Shown one piece after another: positions 32,044 through 39,275 of a stretch of DNA of 39,275 bases (position 1 is the first letter of the stretch; each line of letters starts with the position of its first letter). The stretch covers positions 1 to 39,275 of the forward strand of contig CALZAJ010000002.1 in assembly GCA_945613785.1 (NCBI GenBank), read 5' to 3'. Under the pieces are notes generated by a model. That model was not told the DNA's origin. It saw only the letters and a list, made by a program, of their open reading frames with translations, and made no database searches. A program made the translations under genes and the position numbers. Source of the stretch: an uncultured Verrucomicrobiota bacterium (GTDB lineage Bacteria > Verrucomicrobiota > Kiritimatiellia > RFP12 > UBA1067).

Positions 32044-35000
32044 ATGACCATCAAGAACAAACTCCTGAAACTATTCACCCTCGCCGCGGGAATCACCGCA
32101 GGCAGCGCGGCGTGTGCCGCCGGAGGTGACATATTCGAGATTCGGCCCTGTACCCAGGAAGGTCTGGCCAGAGCTGCGTATGCGACCATCGACTCCCCGC
32201 TGACTTCAGGCGAATCGGTCTACTTCAAGATCCGCCTCATCCAGCGCACGATCGGCGCCGCGAATTCCGTGTGGAAAATCGAGCATATCGGTGCCAGTTC
32301 CCAGGTGGTCGATGACGCGCTTTATCCGTTGCAGGTCGGCATCTACGTGTCAGGCCAGCTCCGTTACGCCTCGTTGATCGATGCGACGTCCGATGCCACG
32401 ACGGGCTTTACGGATCTCGTCTTCGAGTACAAGACGCGTGCGGGCGACTTCGCGCTCCCGATCGTTCTCGCGACGACTGACGGTCCCGCTTCGGATTCGG
32501 ATACCTCGCTCGAGTATCTGCTCAACCCGGCGCGTACCGACAAATGGAGGATCGCGAACGACGCCGGCAACACCTGCAAGTTCTATTACTGGACGCCTGA
32601 CCGCCCGGCCTCTTCCCCTGATGGCACGCGCATGACGGACTACTCGCTTGCGGACTGCGGCTTCTATGTGCAGACCATCGGCTTCGACAAGGAGTGGGAG
32701 TCCGAGGACTTCTGGCGCACAGTTCACCAGAACTCGTCCATCACAGTCGGCGGTACCCCGTCCCTTGAGGCTGCCGCGGCCCCTGAAGACGCGGTCACGC
32801 TCTATGTCTGGTCGATGGATGACAACGTGGTCAAGGTCCGTGGCGGCACGGTCCAGAACATGATCACCGGTTACGATGAGAGCAACAATCCCATCCGCAC
32901 GTCCACGCAGGTCGGTACGGTCACCCTCGCGGGTGGCCAGCTGAAGGCCGACTTCGCAATTGAGGGCGTGACGGAAGGCGACAGCACGAAGCTCGTCCTC
33001 AGCCCGTGGGATCACTACACCTTCAAGACGGCGACGGGTGCCCGTATCGTCGACTACATCACCGTTCCCGTCAAGTGTATCGAGCCGATGCCCCCGACGG
33101 CCATTGTCGAGGCCGACCGCCTCGTTGCCTATGCTGACGGCAACTACATGACCTATGGTGCGCTCCTTTCTGTCTATCTCTCCCAGGCCTATCAAGATGG
33201 CCCCGTCGATGTCAAGATCAAGCCCTCCTTCGCGGATGGTGCGGCGGCTGACTGGGGTGATTACATCCGCTTCTCCACGACGCAGGACGAGGTGACGGCG
33301 CTGCCGCCCGGCGGTCCCGGCAACGAGATCACGGTCCGTATCCCGGCCGGCTCCACGGCCAAGCAGCAGATCTACGTCTTCTGTCTCCGCGGCGATTCGC
33401 ACACCACGGGTACGTCCCGCATGGTGTTCACGCCTGAGGTCCTTGACGCAACGGCGGCGGCGGTCATCCACGAGGTGACGGCGGCCGGTATGGAAATCCG
33501 TGCGGCGGCTCCGGTCATCACGACGCCGGCCGAGGGCGCGAAGATCTCCGGCATCTGCGGTGACGAGATGCCCTTCATCGTCGCGGTGAGCGACACGTTC
33601 GCCGATTCCTCCTTCCAGGACACGACGGGCGCTTCCGGTTATAAGATCTACATCAAGTACCGCGGTTCCGACGCCTACACGCTGCTCGACGGCTTCTATT
33701 ACGTCGGCGAGGGCAATGCGCTTTACCGCATGAAGGATGACGGCACGCAGACGGGCACGTACTTCGCCTCCACCGATCTTCCGATCATCAAGTACCCGGG
33801 TTCCGGCGAAGGTCTCGCCAGCGAGGTCTACGTCGTTTCCCCGCTGAGCGGCAAGAAGAGCGAGGTCGTCCACTTCGTCGCTGACATCAAGGAGGCCCGC
33901 ACCTCCAACGTCGTCACGACCGACGACAAGAACGACATCTACTACGAAGGCGAGAAGGCGACCTTCCAGATCTCCATCTCCGAGAAGAACGACACGGGCA
34001 GCACGATCTACGCGTTCTTGCTCGCCAGCGACAACGCCGAGGCGGCCATGTTCAGCGCCACGCCGAACTTCGTGGTCTGCAACGACACCGATCTGACGAA
34101 GACGTCCGGTCTCGCGATCAACAACTACCAGGACAAGACGTCCGCCAGCAAGATCATGTTCCTCGACGGACTCAGCGAGGACGCGGGCGGTCTCAGCCTC
34201 ACCTTCCAGGTCGTGCTCTGCAGCACCAAGAACTACGATCCGGCCAAGCGTCTCGCGGGCTATGATTCGAACTACCTGAACATTACGGTCTACAACCTCG
34301 AGCCGCAGATCACGCGTATTGAGATGAACGGCTTCGAGTCCGAGAGCGATGGCGCTGTGTTCCCGAACAAGGTCCCGAAGGGCATGACCCAGGAGTTCAA
34401 GGCAATCGTTTCCGATAAGGGCAAGTACGACCTGACCAACACTGCCGAACCGTTCCAGTGCAAGTGGACGGCGACGCTCGCGGGTGTCGGCGCGATCAAA
34501 AACGACGTGATCGCCGGCGATCCTTCCAAGAATCCGTTCTCCTATGACTTCCCGCGTGCGGGTGACTGGACGATCAAGCTCCAGGTCAAGGATAAGGACA
34601 TGGAGGACTGGTCCGACGTCACCTACTCGGTCGGCGTCACCGTGCTCGATAACCCGCAGGTCGAAGTGATCGCTCCTGAGGCGCTCGTCGAGAACGACCA
34701 CTCGGGCAAGATCCAGGTCCAGCTCAGCTACTGGGATCCGCTCTTCACGGGCAAGCTCAAGGTCCGTGTCACGGTCGAGGAGTACAGCCCGGGCCGTGCG
34801 AACCCTGGTGAACTCAAGCTGGACAGCAACTACTCGACCGGCGTCAACACGTATGAGGTCGAGATCGGCGATGCGCTTCCTGTCGATCTCATGATCGAGG
34901 CGATGGATGGTACGGAAGTCTCCTCGCTCTACGGCTTCGTCATCAAGACCGAGGTCATCTCGACCGACGTCCTGCCGACGTCCCACACGCCGGCGAACGA

Positions 35001-38000
35001 GTACTATGTTGAAGATTCTGCGCGTGTCCTCATCAACAACGTCGAGCCCGTCTGCATGGTCAGCCCGGCGGAGAACACGAACCGCTATGAAGTCGCGGGC
35101 GGCGTGGCGAAGAACCACGGCATCCGTTGGCAGGTCAAGAGCGACGTCGACGCCGATTTCGCGGGCATTCCGACGTTCAAGGGCATCAAGGTCAGCTTCT
35201 CGGGCTGCGCGAACGCGACCGAGTTCTTCGTGAACGAGTCCACGAGCGACACGTTCTATCCTGACTTCGGCTCCTCGCAGGGTGACCAGGACGTCGTCCT
35301 CACGATCGAGGATAAGGATGGCGGCTACCTGACCTGGACCTGGCAGTTCACGGTCACGCCTTCGAAGTTCCTCACGACGGTCTCCACCGGTCCGTCCGGC
35401 GGCACGACGACTTCCGCGCTCTCCCAGAAGTACACGCTCTGCGATGGTATCGGCATGGGCCACACCTATGTCGCCGACGCGATCTTCTCCTCCGCGCAGA
35501 ACTTCCGCCTGAAGTGGAACTGCTCGAAGAACATCTACATGGACATCTACGGCTTCGGCTACAAGGTGGCCAGTCCGAACGACGACGGCACCCTCGATGG
35601 CATGGACATCGCCCTCGACCAGTACGGTTCGGCTTCTGCCGGCAGCACGGTCACGGATCCGTTCCACTACCCGATGGCCGACTTCAACCCGGACGACAAG
35701 GAAGAGGCCAAGAAGATCAAGGACTCTTACTTCTACTGCTGGATTCTCCACAGCGTCGGCGAGAGCGGCAATGGTGTCACGAGCTCGATTCTCGGCAACT
35801 CGATCGCCCCGGAACGTCCGGGCGTGGTCGGCACCGGTTCGGTGATGCTCCCGACGGAGAAGACCGAGGACGGCAGCTATCTCGACACGGTCGTCGAGGC
35901 CATCTTCGCGCAGGAATGGCTCCCCGCCGATAACCTCGGCGATATCAACCAGGACGGCGTCCCCGACGTCTTTGTCGTCAAGGATTGGAAGGGCGGCAAA
36001 CTCATCAACCTCGTCTACGGCACGGAAGACACCGAGTCCGACCTCAAGGCTTTGAATGCCAGCAACCCCGACGACGACTACTTGCCGGGCGTCTTTGAGC
36101 AGGATGATATGGTCGCGCTCGTCGAGAATAGCAAGAACAGCTACGCGCCCGTAGGCGTGCCGTTCAATACGCGCCTCGAGCTGCGCGGTCTCGACGACGG
36201 CCTGAACGCGACCGATCTTACCGCATCCGACGTCAGCTTCAGCGAGGATGAGCAGAAGGCCTGGGAGGCCTTCGCGAATGCGAACGGCCTCGATGCCGAT
36301 ACGCCGGATCTCGCGATCTGGAGCCCGGAACCGCGCAGCGCGCGCTACTCGCGCATGGACCCGACCCTCGACGATACCGACGGCGACCGCTTCCCCGACG
36401 GCTGGGAATACTACTTCTGGTATCAGGCGCATGTTTGGGCGCCCGCCGGCAAGAGCAAGCCGCGCCAAGGCCAGCAGTTCGCCTTCGAGCGTTTCCGTGT
36501 GTTCAATATTCTCGTGGGCGAGGAAATTCCGGCCGCGGAAGTTGAAAAGCGCTTCAACCCCTGCGATCCGCTGCCAGCTAAGGATTATGCCGACCATCCC
36601 GATTTCGACAACGACGGCCTTTCCGATCTTGAAGAATTGGTGCTTGGCACGAACCCCTGCCATTGGGATACCGACGGCGATCATATGTGCGACGGCTGGG
36701 AGGTCATGTACGCGCTCGACCCGCTCAACGGCAGCAAGAACGGCAACCCCGACGGCGATTTCATGGCCTTCTTCAATACCCTCGGCGTGCCTTGCTATGT
36801 CGACCCGAACGCGCCGATTCAGGATTCCGAAACGCCTGGCTTCGAGTTCCTCATCTGCAACCGCTTGCGTCCGATCATCGACTACGATCAGCTGTCCGGG
36901 ACGATTGTTCGCGATTTGACGACGATTGCGGTGCACTGCAAAGCGAAGGCCGATCCCGAAGACCCCGGAAAGGTTCTGCGCTACGGCCTGGGGCCGGATG
37001 TGGACGGTCCGCCCGCCAATGCCGAGCCCGAGGTGCTCAAGGATTGGGTGTGGAGCAATTTCATGGTCGAGGATATCTACAGGGTGGAGATCAAGCTTGT
37101 CGCGGGCGACAGGGTGAATATGTTCTTGCCCTACACCCTCATCCACGATCAGGTCCACACTGCTTTTGGCTACGATCCGCGCACCGCATGGTACAAGAAC
37201 GGCGAAGGCTATGTGGCCAGCCGCTGGGATCCGATGATAAATAAAGAGCTCATGCCCTTCGATACTACGGGTGTGGCGATCAATACTCGTCCCTACGAGA
37301 CGTACGACGAATACCTCGTCATGAAGTACCGCAGCGATTACAATATCATCTATTACCTCAAGGAACCCGGCTTCGACAACGGCAAACCTTGGGGCACGCT
37401 GCTGGCGAAAACGACGAACCCGAACGTAGTCTTCCCGACGGTTGAGGTAGAGGTGACCGAAACAACCGAGGAAGTCAGCGCCGACGGAACAACCACTAAT
37501 ACCATCGAGAACACGACCGTGCAGACCGTCGTCCAAACGAACGAGACGACGATTATCGCCCAGCGGCTCGCCGAGGCGCTTGCCGCTTCCGGCAGCTCCA
37601 GCACCGTTCAGACTGGACACGGCGCGGATACCGACGGCGACGGCGTGCCCGACGGCTGGGAACTCTACACCTACCGTTGCCCGAACGCTGCGCCGACCGT
37701 CGACGACGAAAAGCACCCGAAGAAGGAGATCGACTTTGACTACGACGCCGACAAGCTCAACTACGCCGACGAATTCGCCGGCACCGATTCCTGCAACGCC
37801 TACCGCAATTGCGCAACCATCTACGCCAACCACCCCGGCAATCTCAAAGGATGGTTCAACAAGTTCTTCCCCACCAACCCCGGTACATGGCTCGGATCGG
37901 CAATTGGCAACGACGACGGCAAAGATACCGACGGTGACGGTTTGACCGACTACGATGAGGGTCAGGCCTGGTGCGCCAATTTCTTCTATGAAGGGAAGAT

Positions 38001-39275
38001 GGTACTCGAAGCGCAAAGCAGCATCTTCTCGGCCGGCGCGAAAGCAATGGGCTTTATCTACGGCGAACCGCAGGATTCGATCACCTGCTGCGTGCGCGGC
38101 GGCGGCCTCAACCCGTGCACGGTCGATACCGACCAGGACTGGCTGCCAGACGCCTGGGAAGCGGCCCACGCCGGTTTGCCGGTGGATTTGGCGACGCGCC
38201 AAACCGTGGCGCCCGTTAACGGCGACAAGCTCGCCGACTTCGAGTTTGGCGACTCGACCTGGATTGCCGATGGTATCTATGGCGTTGAGGGTCTCACGGG
38301 CGTCTATATCGCCGGCGGCATGGACGGTACTTGGTCCGGCGATTACTGCACCGGCGATAGTATTTCGGTCGATGAATTGCTCGGGAAGGTCACGCGCGAT
38401 GTCGACTTTGACCACGACGGGCTTCAAAACTACCAGGAATACTTCGTGCAAGGCATGCGCCACTTCCGCTGGGACGAGATTTCCACCCCGCTTATGGGTC
38501 GCATCCTCGAAGAGGGCGATCGCGTGATGGGCAACCTCGTAACGGTGCATGAACAGCAGTTTGCCAACTTCACCCAGCACGATTTTTCCGACCCCGGTCA
38601 GCTGGCGGTCAACAGCGCGCTTGCGTGGGGCTCGAAGGAACTCGTGAAAACCATCACGGTCACGAACGGAACTTCCGTCACCTACGATTATATCGATCCG
38701 CTCAATCCCGCCGCGGGTCTGGTGACGAACATAACCTATTACACCGAGCGCAAGCGCATCTACGTGGGCGGCAATCAGCTGATCGACGATCGCATCGCCG
38801 GCAAGATCGCCAAAGCCTATTCGGCGCCGTGGTCGGACGCAGGCTTCCGCGCGCTCGGTTACATGTCCGCGCCCGCGCATGAATGGGATCGCTCCTTTAC
38901 GGCGTTACTTCTCAGCAATCCCACCTACCTCTTCCCGATTACCGGATCGCTGCTTGTCGACAAGGCGATGATAGGCTATGTTTCCACCGATCCGCGCATG
39001 CCCGATACCGATATGGACGGCATGGACGATTATTACGAGCTCTTCCACGGCCTCAACCCGTTGCTCGGCCAGACGACACCCGGCTACTGCGATTTGCTTT
39101 ACGATAAATACGGCGACATCATCGCGGGTACCTACTATGCCATAGGCTTCCCGCTGGTCGATTCGCGTCCGGTGTTTAACGCCTTCTTCAATGAATGGAC
39201 GCATCCGAACTTCGATCGCCGCTTGCCGTTGGGGTCTGGCGCGATCGGAACCATCGGTGCTCTCGCGCACGACTG
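32044..39275 (+). CDS. Second giant secreted protein (more than 2410 aa, 3' end outside the window): Ig/PKD-like modules plus thrombospondin-type-3-like Ca-binding repeats. Not present in the supplied ORF track.
   Basis: Hand translation of the frame (positions equal to 1 mod 3) from the ATG at 32044 met no stop in any stretch checked, including 38881-39275. Signal peptide MTIKNKLLKLFTLAAGITAGSAACAAG. PKD-like modules end in WTIKLQVKDKD and VVLTIEDKDGG. Seven or more D-x-D-x-DG..D(G)WE motifs are present, with a strong G/C bias at third codon positions. Confidence 0.88.
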   Translation, partial: MTIKNKLLKLFTLAAGITAGSAACAAGGDIFEIRPCTQEGLARAAYATIDSPLTSGESVYFKIRLIQRTIGAANSVWKIEHIGASSQVVDDALYPLQVGIYVSGQLRYASLIDATSDATTGFTDLVFEYKTRAGDFALPIVLATTDGPASDSDTSLEYLLNPARTDKWRIANDAGNTCKFYYWTPDRPASSPDGTRMTDYSLADCGFYVQTIGFDKEWESEDFWRTVHQNSSITVGGTPSLEAAAAPEDAVTLYVWSMDDNVVKVRGGTVQNMITGYDESNNPIRTSTQVGTVTLAGGQLKADFAIEGVTEGDSTKLVLSPWDHYTFKTATGARIVDYITVPVKCIEPMPPTAIVEADRLVAYADGNYMTYGALLSVYLSQAYQDGPVDVKIKPSFADGAAADWGDYIRFSTTQDEVTALPPGGPGNEITVRIPAGSTAKQQIYVFCLRGDSHTTGTSRMVFTPEVLDATAAAVIHEVTAAGMEIRAAAPVITTPAEGAKISGICGDEMPFIVAVSDTFADSSFQDTTGASGYKIYIKYRGSDAYTLLDGFYYVGEGNALYRMKDDGTQTGTYFASTDLPIIKYPGSGEGLASEVYVVSPLSGKKSEVVHFVADIKEARTSNVVTTDDKNDIYYEGEKATFQISISEKNDTGSTIYAFLLASDNAEAAMFSATPNFVVCNDTDLTKTSGLAINNYQDKTSASKIMFLDGLSEDAGGLSLTFQVVLCSTKNYDPAKRLAGYDSNYLNITVYNLEPQITRIEMNGFESESDGAVFPNKVPKGMTQEFKAIVSDKGKYDLTNTAEPFQCKWTATLAGVGAIKNDVIAGDPSKNPFSYDFPRAGDWTIKLQVKDKDMEDWSDVTYSVGVTVLDNPQVEVIAPEALVENDHSGKIQVQLSYWDPLFTGKLKVRVTVEEYSPGRANPGELKLDSNYSTGVNTYEVEIGDALPVDLMIEAMDGTEVSSLYGFVIKTEVISTDVLPTSHTPANEYYVEDSARVLINNVEPVCMVSPAENTNRYEVAGGVAKNHGIRWQVKSDVDADFAGIPTFKGIKVSFSGCANATEFFVNESTSDTFYPDFGSSQGDQDVVLTIEDKDGGYLTWTWQFTVTPSKFLTTVSTGPSGGTTTSALSQKYTLCDGIGMGHTYVADAIFSSAQNFRLKWNCSKNIYMDIYGFGYKVASPNDDGTLDGMDIALDQYGSASAGSTVTDPFHYPMADFNPDDKEEAKKIKDSYFYCWILHSVGESGNGVTSSILGNSIAPERPGVVGTGSVMLPTEKTEDGSYLDTVVEAIFAQEWLPADNLGDINQDGVPDVFVVKDWKGGKLINLVYGTEDTESDLKALNASNPDDDYLPGVFEQDDMVALVENSKNSYAPVGVPFNTRLELRGLDDGLNATDLTASDVSFSEDEQKAWEAFANANGLDADTPDLAIWSPEPRSARYSRMDPTLDDTDGDRFPDGWEYYFWYQAHVWAPAGKSKPRQGQQFAFERFRVFNILVGEEIPAAEVEKRFNPCDPLPAKDYADHPDFDNDGLSDLEELVLGTNPCHWDTDGDHMCDGWEVMYALDPLNGSKNGNPDGDFMAFFNTLGVPCYVDPNAPIQDSETPGFEFLICNRLRPIIDYDQLSGTIVRDLTTIAVHCKAKADPEDPGKVLRYGLGPDVDGPPANAEPEVLKDWVWSNFMVEDIYRVEIKLVAGDRVNMFLPYTLIHDQVHTAFGYDPRTAWYKNGEGYVASRWDPMINKELMPFDTTGVAINTRPYETYDEYLVMKYRSDYNIIYYLKEPGFDNGKPWGTLLAKTTNPNVVFPTVEVEVTETTEEVSADGTTTNTIENTTVQTVVQTNETTIIAQRLAEALAASGSSSTVQTGHGADTDGDGVPDGWELYTYRCPNAAPTVDDEKHPKKEIDFDYDADKLNYADEFAGTDSCNAYRNCATIYANHPGNLKGWFNKFFPTNPGTWLGSAIGNDDGKDTDGDGLTDYDEGQAWCANFFYEGKMVLEAQSSIFSAGAKAMGFIYGEPQDSITCCVRGGGLNPCTVDTDQDWLPDAWEAAHAGLPVDLATRQTVAPVNGDKLADFEFGDSTWIADGIYGVEGLTGVYIAGGMDGTWSGDYCTGDSISVDELLGKVTRDVDFDHDGLQNYQEYFVQGMRHFRWDEISTPLMGRILEEGDRVMGNLVTVHEQQFANFTQHDFSDPGQLAVNSALAWGSKELVKTITVTNGTSVTYDYIDPLNPAAGLVTNITYYTERKRIYVGGNQLIDDRIAGKIAKAYSAPWSDAGFRALGYMSAPAHEWDRSFTALLLSNPTYLFPITGSLLVDKAMIGYVSTDPRMPDTDMDGMDDYYELFHGLNPLLGQTTPGYCDLLYDKYGDIIAGTYYAIGFPLVDSRPVFNAFFNEWTHPNFDRRLPLGSGAIGTIGALAHD

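Noticed and set aside
32350-38880. 2176-aa ORF on the minus strand, the longest entry in this part of the track
   Set aside because: It is a codon-aligned antisense shadow of the + strand gene at 32044-39275. Its composition (R, V, D, G, H, A) is typical of reverse-complement reading of GC3-rich genes. It has no signal peptide, motifs or ribosome-binding site, whereas the + frame has recognisable domains and operon context.

Overview
GC-rich bacterial chromosomal window in which every credible gene is on the + strand. Positions 1-9.3 kb are ordinary housekeeping: a NahK-like kinase fragment, rpe, a stand-alone coaC, a GT2 polyprenyl-phosphate mannose synthase, gmk, a Gfo/Idh/MocA oxidoreductase, an orphan ketosynthase-like protein, tig-clpP-clpX and panD. 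One low-GC secreted-protein gene interrupts this block. Positions 9.4-39.3 kb form an accessory cell-surface region. It holds a 1405-aa beta-propeller/beta-helix protein, a CNNM/CorC pair whose second copy is truncated, and an orphan HisKA_3 histidine kinase bracketed by a perfect 123-bp direct repeat. It also holds an 843-aa LamG/beta-helix secreted protein and a DUF2442 mini-gene. It ends with a tightly coupled operon: a 3434-aa giant protein, a 150-aa membrane-anchored coiled-coil protein, and a second giant protein of more than 2410 aa. That second giant gene (32044 to the window end, + strand) is missing from the supplied ORF track, which shows only its 2176-aa antisense shadow ORF. The 123-bp element carries 9-bp GTCCTGG iterons and a tandem CGTTnAnAAGG site. 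A diverged third copy lies upstream of the giant operon, so it is a candidate cis-regulatory module linking the orphan kinase to the surface-protein genes. Promoters look like extended -10 boxes (TGnTATAAT), and several sit so close to the ATG that leaderless mRNAs are likely. I recognised no rRNA, tRNA, CRISPR array, transposase, integrase or reverse transcriptase. The long minus-strand ORFs in the track are antisense shadows of GC-rich + strand genes. The domain repertoire loosely suggests a PVC-superphylum organism (Lentisphaerae, Kiritimatiellia or Verrucomicrobia), but that is only a guess.
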